64,000 bases of DNA from Nitrospirota bacterium (GTDB taxonomy: Bacteria > Nitrospirota > Leptospirillia > Leptospirillales > Leptospirillaceae). Each line of letters begins with the position of its first letter. The stretch's first letter is position 1. The DNA lies in contig JAKARS010000001.1 in assembly GCA_021828375.1 (NCBI GenBank), forward strand, positions 27,822-91,821. Reading direction: 5' to 3'. Below, in pieces: positions 18,044 through 26,057 of the stretch. The notes beneath the pieces are model-generated. The model did not search any database, was not told the origin of the DNA, and saw only the letters and a list, made by a program, of their open reading frames with translations. The position numbers and the translations under genes were made by a program.

Positions 18044-18957
18044 ACCCCATCGATCTGGTCATTGCCGGCCCGACCGCGTCAGGGAAGAGTTTGCTGGCCC
18101 TGGAGTGGGCCCAGAAAAACGGGGCGGAGATCGTCTCGGCAGACAGCCGTCAGATCTACCGGGAAATTTCCATCGGAACGGGAAAGCCTTCCCTGCTCGA
18201 ACAGGAGGCCATTCCCCACCACATGATTGATCTTTGTTCGGTGCAGGACGTTTACAGCGCGGGGGCATTTGCCAGGGATGCCCGCAGGGCCATTGAAAGA
18301 ATTCAGTCACGAGGAAAAAGGGTTGTTCTCTGTGGTGGGACGGGGCTCTATATAAAAGCCCTCCTCCATGGAATCGTCGAGCTTCCAGAAGGGGATCCCT
18401 CGTCGGGGGAAGATTTTCGTGCAGCGATGGAGAATGTTCCGACCGCAGAGCTCTATTCCCGGCTAGCCAATGTCGATCCGGAAAGGGCAAAGCACCTCTT
18501 TCCGAATGACCGGGTGCGAATCTTGCGGGCCCTTTTCCTTTACGAGTCGACAGGACTGCCTCCCACCGAGCTGTATCGTCTCTCCCAAGGGGAGGGGATC
18601 CCTGTCCGAACCTTCGTGGTCCTTTCCCCCGAAAGAATCTGGCTTCACAAAGCGATTGAGCGTCGAGTTGCCCTGATGCTCTCCCATGGGTGGGTTGAAG
18701 AGGTCGAGGACCTTCTTTCCCGGGGAGGGCATCCGGATTGGCCGGGATTTGCAAGCCTTGGCTACCGGGAGGTGATGTCGCATCTTGCCGGTAAGATGAC
18801 ACAGGAGGAACTCCTCCATGCCATCGTGCTCAAAACTCGCCAGTATGCCAAGAGACAGATGACTTGGTTTCGCCATATGGAAGGGGCCATTTCCGTGGAG
18901 TCCCCAAAAAACTCAGGTTTCTCTTGGAGTCTTCTTCAAACTATGATAAAATCCTGA
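18028..18957 (+). CDS. miaA: tRNA dimethylallyltransferase MiaA
   Basis: P-loop IAGPTASGKS, DSRQIYREISIGTGKP, QYAKRQMTWFR. It overlaps the mutL stop by 16 nt. Confidence 0.9.
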   Translation: MVRSLDPIDLVIAGPTASGKSLLALEWAQKNGAEIVSADSRQIYREISIGTGKPSLLEQEAIPHHMIDLCSVQDVYSAGAFARDARRAIERIQSRGKRVVLCGGTGLYIKALLHGIVELPEGDPSSGEDFRAAMENVPTAELYSRLANVDPERAKHLFPNDRVRILRALFLYESTGLPPTELYRLSQGEGIPVRTFVVLSPERIWLHKAIERRVALMLSHGWVEEVEDLLSRGGHPDWPGFASLGYREVMSHLAGKMTQEELLHAIVLKTRQYAKRQMTWFRHMEGAISVESPKNSGFSWSLLQTMIKS

Positions 18958-18999
18958 GAATTTTAGGGCGGAGAAACATCCAGTGCTGATGGAGGACGA

Positions 19000-19938
19000 G
19001 TGGGACAGGAAGGAATGAAGGCTGTTCGGAAGAGAAATTCAGGGGAAAGGGCACCCATCGGGGTGATCGGCGGATCCGGGCTATATCAACTTAAAGGCCT
19101 GTCGGATTTGGTCCCAACAGTTGTTGAAACCCCGTGGGGACAGCCCTCCGATCCCTACATGACCGGCTCACTGGGCGGTGTTCCTGTGGTCTTTCTCTCC
19201 CGTCATGGATCGGGCCACCGGTATCTTCCTGGGGAGGTCAACTATCGCGCCAACATCGCAGGTTTTGTGTCGCTGGGAGTCAAGCGGATTCTTTCGGTCT
19301 CTGCCGTCGGATCTCTTCGTGAAGATATTGTTCCAGGGGACATGGTAGTCATCGACCAGTTCATCGATGGGACTCGGGGGCGTCCGTCGACCTTTTATGG
19401 TCAGGGGGCTGTCGGCCATACGGCCTTTGCTCATCCCATCTGCGATGATCTTGCCAAAACACTCATTGGAGCCTGTCGCGCTGCAGGTGTGCGCCACCAT
19501 GTCAAGGGGACTTATTACTGCATGGAGGGACCGGCCTTTTCCACGCAGGCCGAATCCTTCCTCTATCGACAGTTTGGCGCGCATGTCATCGGGATGACCA
19601 ATGTGACCGAGGCGAGACTGGCTCGTGAAGCAGGTCTCTGCTATGCGACGCTGGCCCTCTCCACGGACTTTGACTGCTGGCATCCGGACCATGATGCCGT
19701 GACGGTGTCCGAGGTTCTTGCGGTAATTTCAAAGAATGTTGAAAATGCAAATCGCATCCTGGAACATGCCCTTTCATCCGTTCGACTTCAGCCCTCATGC
19801 TCTTGTCAGGAGGCGCCCCTCCACGCACTGATCACCCATCGCGACATGATTCCTCCGGCGACTCGGGAACGCCTTTCTTTTTTAGGTCTCCTTCCCAAGG
19901 ACGGAGGCGATTCTGTCTCCCATGGAGGGAACCAATGA
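19000..19938 (+). CDS. mtnP: S-methyl-5'-thioadenosine phosphorylase (PNP family)
   Basis: IGVIGGSGLY, FLSRHG.GH, GMTNVTEARLAREAG. The start is GTG 19000 or ATG 19015. Confidence 0.85.
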   Translation: MGQEGMKAVRKRNSGERAPIGVIGGSGLYQLKGLSDLVPTVVETPWGQPSDPYMTGSLGGVPVVFLSRHGSGHRYLPGEVNYRANIAGFVSLGVKRILSVSAVGSLREDIVPGDMVVIDQFIDGTRGRPSTFYGQGAVGHTAFAHPICDDLAKTLIGACRAAGVRHHVKGTYYCMEGPAFSTQAESFLYRQFGAHVIGMTNVTEARLAREAGLCYATLALSTDFDCWHPDHDAVTVSEVLAVISKNVENANRILEHALSSVRLQPSCSCQEAPLHALITHRDMIPPATRERLSFLGLLPKDGGDSVSHGGNQ

Positions 19939-20873
19939 CGCCGAAACTTGTGATTGTGGGAACGGTGGCGCTTGACGATGTGACCACTCCCTTTGGAACC
20001 GTCAATCGAGCCTTGGGGGGGTCCGCCTTCTATGGCGCGATCGCCGCTTCCTATTGGACATCAGTGGGGATCGTGGCGGTTGTCGGGGAAGACTACCCTG
20101 AGGAGGGACGTCAGCTTCTTGCCGCCCGTGGAATTGATGTCCGTGGTTTGGACCGCAGTGCCGAAAAGACCTTTGCGTGGACCGGCGAGTACTCCTATGA
20201 CCTGAACACGGCCATTACGCGTGAGACACGGCTTAATTGCCTGCTCTCCTTCAACCCAAAAGTCGTTGAGCACTATCCCTCTCCGGAGACACTTTTCCTG
20301 GCCAACATCGACCCTGAGATACAGGGGCGCATTCTCGATCAATTGAAAAATCGGCCCCGCCTTGTGGCCCTCGATACGATGAACTACTGGATCGAATCCA
20401 AGAAGGACGCACTTCTCAAGGTCCTTCACAGGACGGACCTTTTGACGATTAATGAATCAGAAGCCCGCATGCTCACCGGAGAGTACAACCTGGTTCGGGC
20501 CGCGGATGCCATCCGGAAAATGGGTCCCAAAATCGTGGTGCTCAAAAAAGGCGAGCACGGGGCGCTCGTCTTTTATGAGGGAGGGATCTTTTCCTCTCCG
20601 GCCATGCCTCTTGAGGTTGTCAAGGATCCGACTGGTGCCGGTGACTCCTTTGCCGGGGGCCTCCTCGGTTACCTGACGCGTCACGGCAAGGCCTCCCCTG
20701 AGTTTCTCCGCCAGGCGGCCATTGTGGGATCTGCAATGGCCTCGTTTTGTGTTTCGGACTTTGGTGTGGCGGGAACAAAAGAGCTCTCGATGGATCAGAT
20801 TTCGCAGCGCACCGGGGAGTTTTTGGATCTCACGTCATTCAACCGGATCGATCCCAGGGATCGGAGGCTTTAG
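19935..20873 (+). CDS. PfkB-family carbohydrate/nucleoside kinase
   Basis: ATG 19935 overlaps the mtnP stop (ATGA). The C-terminal PfkB signature is DPTGAGDSFAGG. The longer ORF-track form (from 19797) overlaps mtnP. Confidence 0.8.
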   Translation: MTPKLVIVGTVALDDVTTPFGTVNRALGGSAFYGAIAASYWTSVGIVAVVGEDYPEEGRQLLAARGIDVRGLDRSAEKTFAWTGEYSYDLNTAITRETRLNCLLSFNPKVVEHYPSPETLFLANIDPEIQGRILDQLKNRPRLVALDTMNYWIESKKDALLKVLHRTDLLTINESEARMLTGEYNLVRAADAIRKMGPKIVVLKKGEHGALVFYEGGIFSSPAMPLEVVKDPTGAGDSFAGGLLGYLTRHGKASPEFLRQAAIVGSAMASFCVSDFGVAGTKELSMDQISQRTGEFLDLTSFNRIDPRDRRL

Positions 20874-20874
20874 G

Positions 20875-21717
20875 TTGGCCTTTTCCGGGAGGCGGTGCCC
20901 AGCAGGAGTCCGGGCAGCTTGCCTGATGATGGGACTGGCCCTTCTTTCAGCGTGCCAACGTGGAGTGTCTCCAAGAAACCACCATATGGCGATAGAGCAC
21001 TACAACGGTGGACTCAGAAATCTGAGAAACCATCAACTCCAGGCGGCGTTCTGGGAATTCGAGTATGCGAATCACCTCGATCCGGATATTCCCAAGGTCC
21101 ACTATTCTCTTGGCCATGTGTATTATCTGATGCATGATCTGACCGATGCCCGGATCGAGTTCCTGCGCGCTCTCAAGCATAATGATGACCCTTCTTCCAC
21201 CTATAACTATCTCGGGAAGATCGCCCTTGAGAGAAAACAATACCAAGAGGCACTGATAGATTTTCATAAGGCCCTTGAAAACACCTTGAATAAAACCCCT
21301 TACTATCCTCTTACGAATATCGGTAAGGTTTACATGCTCACCGGGAAGTTTGAAAAAGCCAAGGAGTATTTTGCCAAAGCCATCCTTCGAAATGACAGAT
21401 TCCTTCCTGCCTATTTCTGGCTTGGCAAGGTGCATATGTCCGAAGGTGCCTACGAGAAGGCCATTGGGGATTTCTCCGAAACAATACGATTGGCTCCTGG
21501 TTTTTCGTCCGGCTATTTTGAGCTCGGGAGGGCTTACCTGAAGCTTGAGGATCAGAAAAGGGCCACCGAAGCCTTTACAGAGGCGGTTCGCCTCGATCCC
21601 ACATCGAAGGTTGGGGTAAGGGCCAAGCGGTATTTGCTTCTTCTTCCCCAAACCCCATTAAAGAAGCAGGGGGAGGGGAGCGGTCCTGCCTCTGCCAAGA
21701 AGCAAGTGGCTCCGTAA
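20875..21717 (+). CDS. TPR-repeat lipoprotein (PilW/PilF-like)
   Basis: GGAGG RBS 6 nt before TTG 20875. Signal peptide plus lipobox (LLSAC|Q). Several TPR repeats are present. It lies upstream of rodZ, as in many Gram-negative bacteria. Confidence 0.7.
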   Translation: MAFSGRRCPAGVRAACLMMGLALLSACQRGVSPRNHHMAIEHYNGGLRNLRNHQLQAAFWEFEYANHLDPDIPKVHYSLGHVYYLMHDLTDARIEFLRALKHNDDPSSTYNYLGKIALERKQYQEALIDFHKALENTLNKTPYYPLTNIGKVYMLTGKFEKAKEYFAKAILRNDRFLPAYFWLGKVHMSEGAYEKAIGDFSETIRLAPGFSSGYFELGRAYLKLEDQKRATEAFTEAVRLDPTSKVGVRAKRYLLLLPQTPLKKQGEGSGPASAKKQVAP

Positions 21718-21768
21718 GGGTTCAGAAAGTTCGTTGCTCAATCTTTTTACAAACATGAAGGGCCAGAC

Positions 21769-22911
21769 ATGGCGCACGAGGAAGATAATCTGTCAAATGG
21801 GGGGAATCGGATGGGTGAACCGGTTCACTCCGAGTCTGTCGCCACGATCCTTCTCCGTTCGCGAGAGGCCAAAGGTTTAACTGTTGATGATGTTGACAGT
21901 GTGACTCATATTAGTCCCGGATGGGTTTCCGTGATGGAGCGTGGAGACTGGAGTCAATATCCCAGCATGGTTTACGCGAGAGGCCATGTAAAGGTCTATG
22001 CCGAGTTTCTTGGCCTCGACGTTCCTTTCATGCTTGCCCAGTTTCAAAGGGATTGGGCGACAACTGTCTCTCCTGAACCTGTCGAGCCCAATGGAAAGCC
22101 AACATCGATCAGACCGATCACACAATCGGGGGGAGATAGCCGGCTGTATTGGGTGGGCGCCGGGATCGTCGCTGTGCTGATTCTGGGGGGGCTGGCGGTC
22201 AAGCATGAAAGGCATAAGCCAGCGACTCGAGTTCCTGCTTCTTCTTTCTCCGCCCCCTCTCCGTCTTCTCCCGCTGTCTCCTCTCCGGGGGGGAGTTCCG
22301 TCTCTGCCCCTGCTCCCTCTTTGCCCCCATCATCCCCGCCCCCAGTGACTGCAGGAAAGAACGTGACGCTTGCCCCACCATCTTCTCCGCCTGCGATGAC
22401 AGAGAGCCGCGCACTTCCTTCCTCACCGGAGGTGCAACCTTCCACATCAAATCGACTGACGCTCCGGATGGTCGGATTGAAGAGTGTTTGGGTTGTTGTG
22501 TCAGTCGATGATGGAACGGTTCGCCATTTTCGTTTGAACCCTGGAGATGAACGCACTCTTGTCGGGAAAAACTTCATGACGTTTTCGACTCAGTCAGGAG
22601 ATGGGCTTGCCCTCTTTCTCAATGGAAAGAGACTGGGGCTTGCCGGTCCCACCTCTGCCCCCGTTCTCCATCGGCGACTCAATCGACAGACGCTGCATCA
22701 TTTGAAGGTTGTCGTTTCAAGCCATACTTCGGGCAGCTCAGCTGCGTCAAAGCCTTTACCAAATAAGCCCCTGAATCAGAGTGAGCCCTCTGTCTCAAAT
22801 ACAGGAAAATCAGTAAAAACCATTCCTCTTCATCCTTTTTCATCGAGTGGAAGCACAACTGGATCATCTGTGCCTAGCTCCCCACCGACTCCTTCCGGAG
22901 GTTCCCATTGA
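21769..22911 (+). CDS. rodZ: RodZ cytoskeleton-associated protein (HTH - TM - Ser/Pro-rich region - DUF4115-like C-terminus)
   Basis: N-terminal XRE-type HTH (ILLRSREAKGLTVDDV), one TM helix (LYWVGAGIVAVLILGGLAV), a long S/P-rich region, and a C-terminal beta domain (LTLRMVGLKSVWVVVSVDDG...LFLNGKRLG). Confidence 0.8.
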   Translation: MAHEEDNLSNGGNRMGEPVHSESVATILLRSREAKGLTVDDVDSVTHISPGWVSVMERGDWSQYPSMVYARGHVKVYAEFLGLDVPFMLAQFQRDWATTVSPEPVEPNGKPTSIRPITQSGGDSRLYWVGAGIVAVLILGGLAVKHERHKPATRVPASSFSAPSPSSPAVSSPGGSSVSAPAPSLPPSSPPPVTAGKNVTLAPPSSPPAMTESRALPSSPEVQPSTSNRLTLRMVGLKSVWVVVSVDDGTVRHFRLNPGDERTLVGKNFMTFSTQSGDGLALFLNGKRLGLAGPTSAPVLHRRLNRQTLHHLKVVVSSHTSGSSAASKPLPNKPLNQSEPSVSNTGKSVKTIPLHPFSSSGSTTGSSVPSSPPTPSGGSH

Positions 22912-23909
22912 TGCGTCGAATCATTGCCCGTGTCTTTTCCTTCTGCCTGCTTGTTTCAATGCTCGGGGTTTCATCGTGTGCCCAGACTCCGGTCGTGTTG
23001 AGCTATAGCCCTAACTTTGGAGAAACTCAGCCGAACCAGTTCCGATCTTCCTTGCGTTTTGGTTTTGTGACATTTGAGGATCAACGTGTCGCCAAGCGTC
23101 TGATGGGGGATGCAACTCTGATTGGGTGGGGATCCAATACCTTTCACACCAAACAGAATGTTCCGGACCATGTGACCAAGGCCTTTGTCGATACCTATCG
23201 ATATCTGGGCCTCAAATCCATCTGGATCAAAACCCCGCCTGACAACTTCTCCTTTTCCACAAAAACATGGGTGGCTTCATTAAGAACACGCTATCCCAAT
23301 GTGGATATTTTTGTTATTGGAAAGATACGCAATTATGAATTTCTTCTTCGCTCTGGTGGAATCAGCGGTGCGGTTAAGGGGAAGTTCAGTGAACTGGCCG
23401 CGACGACTCAGGCCCGGGTCGAGCTGTATTATCTTGACAGTGAGTCAGGGCGAATCATTTGGGGAAATACCCTTCACCACGATACCTATGACCGGAAAGT
23501 GTCCAAAAAGGCGCCCACAGACTATGCCTCCATGCGTCTTGATGAGGCCCTCCACAATGTTATCTTACAGTCGGTCGACCGTGTCCTTCCAAAGATCAAT
23601 GCCCGGAGCCCTGGGTCCGTTCAGGTTTTGTCGGGTATGATGGCAGATGTTCCGAAAACCCCCGAAGGAAAGGTAGCAGGAGCGGTTCCTTCGGACAAGG
23701 GACGAATTGAGGTCGTATCCAAGCCTTCCGGTGCCAAGGTCTATCTTGATGGAATCTACTATGGGCTGACTCCACTAGCTCTCGATATACCCCCTGGTAT
23801 CCACCTCCTGAAGGTCAAGAAAGAGGGCTTTGAGACAGGACGTGATAAGGTCGGTGTTTTGGCAGGAAAGGTCACCCCTTGGAAGGGAGTTCTTCCTCCC
23901 AAAAACTGA
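22911..23909 (+). CDS. Lipoprotein with a C-terminal PEGA domain
   Basis: Lipobox LGVSSC|A. The C-terminus GRIEVVSKPSGAKVYLDGIYYGLTPLALDIPPGIHLLKVKKEGFE matches the PEGA pattern. ATG 22911 overlaps the rodZ stop. Confidence 0.65.
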   Translation: MRRIIARVFSFCLLVSMLGVSSCAQTPVVLSYSPNFGETQPNQFRSSLRFGFVTFEDQRVAKRLMGDATLIGWGSNTFHTKQNVPDHVTKAFVDTYRYLGLKSIWIKTPPDNFSFSTKTWVASLRTRYPNVDIFVIGKIRNYEFLLRSGGISGAVKGKFSELAATTQARVELYYLDSESGRIIWGNTLHHDTYDRKVSKKAPTDYASMRLDEALHNVILQSVDRVLPKINARSPGSVQVLSGMMADVPKTPEGKVAGAVPSDKGRIEVVSKPSGAKVYLDGIYYGLTPLALDIPPGIHLLKVKKEGFETGRDKVGVLAGKVTPWKGVLPPKN

Positions 23910-23940
23910 CAAGGCCTCATAAGGAGCCGTCATTTTTCCG

Positions 23941-23985
23941 AGCCTTCGAGGTAGGCAGGCTTGCCTCGGAGGCTTTCTTTCGTTA
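23941..23985 (+). terminator. Putative Rho-independent terminator
   Basis: The stem pairs agccttcgagg with cctcggaggct (11 bp including one G-U) around a 12-nt loop, followed by tttctttcgtt. Confidence 0.4.
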
Positions 23986-24018
23986 TCATTACTGCTGCTT
24001 GAATCCCCCTAATTTGTT

Positions 24019-24093
24019 GCCGGCGTAGCACAGTGGTAGTGCAGTCGATTCGTAATCGACAGGTCGTCGGTTCAATCCCGACCGCCGGCTCCA
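24019..24093 (+). tRNA. tRNA-Thr (anticodon CGT)
   Basis: Acceptor GCCGGCG/CGCCGGC, anticodon loop TTCGTAA, T-arm GTCGG-TTCAATC-CCGAC, CCA encoded. Confidence 0.93.
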
Positions 24094-24220
24094 TTTCTCT
24101 ATTTTTCCAATCAAGATCCCCCTTAAGATATCCTCACGCAGAATAAACCAAAGCCAAAAATTTGCGATGTTGAGGCTTGTCGATCGACTATCGAGATCTT
24201 TCCCTCTCTTTTATCTTCAA

Positions 24221-24340
24221 GGAAAATGAATTCTATTGAATTCTTGTAAAAATATATAGAATTATGAATTTATATAGTGTTAATAATTTTTAATATATTC
24301 AATTAATAATAATTTGGTTGAATTTAGTGAAAATATCGTT
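24221..24340. other. Extremely AT-rich spacer (about 12% GC in nt 24241-24300) with short direct repeats
   Basis: Hand count gives 7 G/C in nt 24241-24300. It contains TGAATTCT-AT-TGAATTCT (24226-24243) and a repeated TATATAG. It lies between tRNA-Thr and the sigma-54 activator gene. Confidence 0.6.
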
Positions 24341-24396
24341 TTTACTACTACTCTGTTTCATTATGGCTGTCATAATGTTTAAAAGGGAAGGATCTT

Positions 24397-25428
24397 ATGG
24401 ATTTCAGAATGGAAAAAATTAGTGTGGACGAGAATAATCTGGAGGAATTTCTTTGTGCGACTTCTCCTGAAATGAGAGAGGTCGCGTCGGAAATAAGACT
24501 CTATGCCCCTCTTGATTTTCCTATACTGATAGAAGGGGCTTCCGGAACGGGAAAGGAGCTTGTGGCAAGGGCGATTCATTCTCTCTCCGGGCGTGCGTCA
24601 TCCCCTTTCCTTCCAATCAATCTTGTCGAAGGAGCGGAAACACTGTTTGAGAGTACACTTTTTGGACACCGAAAGGGAGCATTCACAGGGGCCGAGCAGG
24701 GGCGAATCGGTTGTATCGAAATGGCGAAAGACGGAACGATTTTTATGGATGAAGTGAATAGCCTTCCAAAGGTTTTGCAGCCGAAGCTGCTTCGGGTACT
24801 CGAGGAGAAAGTTTATTGGCCAGTGGGGAGTGCCTCTCCCTCGATAACGAAAGCCCGATTTGTCTTTGCAAGCAACCAAAAATTAATGCATATGCTTAAG
24901 GACGGAAGCTTTCGAGATGATGTCATGTACCGTCTAGGACGAATAATCCGGCTTCCCCTTTTGAGGGATCGGCTAGAAGACATGGTCTGTCTTTCAACGC
25001 GCCTTGTTGCTGAATCGAGCAAGAATATCGTTGAGGCACTCTCACGATCTAACTCAAATCAGTTAGGTAGGGATCCGATTCTTGATGGCCCTCCTCAATT
25101 GAGCGACGACGCATTGTTAAAGCTACGAAGCCATTCCTGGCCTGGAAATATAAGAGAATTAAAAGTTGTCATGGAAAGAGCAGTCCTTGTATGTAAAAAT
25201 AGGGTAATTCTTCCAAGAGATATTGAGTTCGACTATCCAGCAGACAATGGAGTGGAAGAGTATCAATTGGCCCTTGAAAATTTTAATGAAAAATATTTTT
25301 CGCGGGTCTCTTCGATCGTAGGGGAAAACATTCGGCTCGGGATCAGGCTGACAGGGCTATCAGAAACAAGCTATCGACGAAAGTTAAGGAAGTATCGATA
25401 TAAAAAAAGAAAAGATAGGGATGAATGA
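24397..25428 (+). CDS. Sigma-54-dependent transcriptional activator (bEBP) with no N-terminal sensory or receiver domain
   Basis: The AAA+ core begins about 45 aa from the start. It has Walker A (GASGTGKE), the GAFTGA loop (HRKGAFTGAEQ), Walker B (IFMDEV), WPGNIREL, and a short C-terminal Fis-type HTH-like region (LTGLSETSYRRKLRKY). Confidence 0.85.
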   Translation: MDFRMEKISVDENNLEEFLCATSPEMREVASEIRLYAPLDFPILIEGASGTGKELVARAIHSLSGRASSPFLPINLVEGAETLFESTLFGHRKGAFTGAEQGRIGCIEMAKDGTIFMDEVNSLPKVLQPKLLRVLEEKVYWPVGSASPSITKARFVFASNQKLMHMLKDGSFRDDVMYRLGRIIRLPLLRDRLEDMVCLSTRLVAESSKNIVEALSRSNSNQLGRDPILDGPPQLSDDALLKLRSHSWPGNIRELKVVMERAVLVCKNRVILPRDIEFDYPADNGVEEYQLALENFNEKYFSRVSSIVGENIRLGIRLTGLSETSYRRKLRKYRYKKRKDRDE

Positions 25429-25543
25429 TAGCCCGGGGGACTTGATGCGAAGGGCTAAAAATTATCAATGAACAGTTGGTGCCGTTAAAAAAGTATGATG
25501 GCGTAAGGCAAGAATCTTCATTGAAGGAGTGGAGACTTTTTTC

Positions 25544-25572
25544 TTGACAATCAAGTTTCCGGAAAGTATAAT
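25544..25572 (+). promoter_or_regulatory. Consensus sigma-70 promoter for the tRNA-Tyr/Gly/Thr-tuf transcription unit
   Basis: TTGACA (25544-25549) - 17 nt - TATAAT (25567-25572), both perfect hexamers, about 145 nt upstream of tRNA-Tyr. Confidence 0.65.
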
Positions 25573-25717
25573 TCCGGTTTGTCTTCGTTCTGATTTGCCT
25601 ATTTTCAAGAGTGGACAGAGACACGTGTCGCGAGCCATTTATGGGTTTGATTTTTTATCATAAAGGTCGCCATGAAGAGCTTCTCTGTCTCGCTTCATCT
25701 TGATCGGGGCCTGTTAG

Positions 25718-25802
25718 GGGGAGGTTCCCGAGTGGACAAAGGGAACAGACTGTAAATCTGTCGCCAGCGGCTTCGGAGGTTCGAATCCTCCCCTCCCCAC
25801 CA
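25718..25802 (+). tRNA. tRNA-Tyr (anticodon GTA), long variable arm
   Basis: Acceptor GGGGAGG/CCTCCCC, anticodon stem ACAGA/TCTGT with loop CTGTAAA, long variable arm, CCA encoded. Confidence 0.9.
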
Positions 25803-25833
25803 CATAATGAGAGTTTTGAAATGGTTTTTCCAT

Positions 25834-25908
25834 GCGGGAATAGCTCAGCGGTAGAGCGCCAGCCTTCCAAGCTGGACGTCGCGGGTTCGAATCCCGTTTC
25901 CCGCTCCA
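25834..25908 (+). tRNA. tRNA-Gly (anticodon TCC)
   Basis: Acceptor GCGGGAA/TTCCCGC, anticodon loop CTTCCAA, CCA encoded. Confidence 0.93.
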
Positions 25909-25934
25909 CTCTTTGATGCAATGTTTTTGTATTT

Positions 25935-26010
25935 GCCCTTGTAGCTCAGTTGGCAGAGCACATCCTTGGTAAGGATGAGGTCACCGGTTCAATCCCGGTC
26001 AAGGGCTCCA
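25935..26010 (+). tRNA. tRNA-Thr (anticodon GGT)
   Basis: Acceptor GCCCTTG/CAAGGGC, anticodon loop TTGGTAA, CCA encoded. Confidence 0.93.
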
Positions 26011-26057
26011 TTGTGCTGGGTCGTGTTACCACGTGTTCAATCTTATCTGGAGGATTA

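Noticed and set aside
20722-20874. Upstream extension of the TPR lipoprotein ORF. The same issue arises at 19797-19934 for the PfkB kinase and at 15194-15256 for cpoB.
   Set aside because: The extensions overlap the preceding well-supported genes. Downstream starts with good RBSs, and signal peptides where relevant, give canonical N-termini.
24094-25717. Possible integrated mobile element at tRNA-Thr(CGT).
   Set aside because: There is no integrase, transposase or phage gene. I could find no direct repeat of the tRNA 3' end on the far side. Only a single regulator gene is present. I report it as an interruption of the tRNA cluster, not as a mobile element.
25658-25921. An 87-aa minus-strand ORF, the + ORF at 25950-26201, and the secE extension (27448-27528) and rpsM extension (56919-56996).
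   Set aside because: They run through tRNA-Tyr/Gly/Thr, tRNA-Trp or rpmJ respectively. These are artefacts of ORF calling across RNA genes or small genes.
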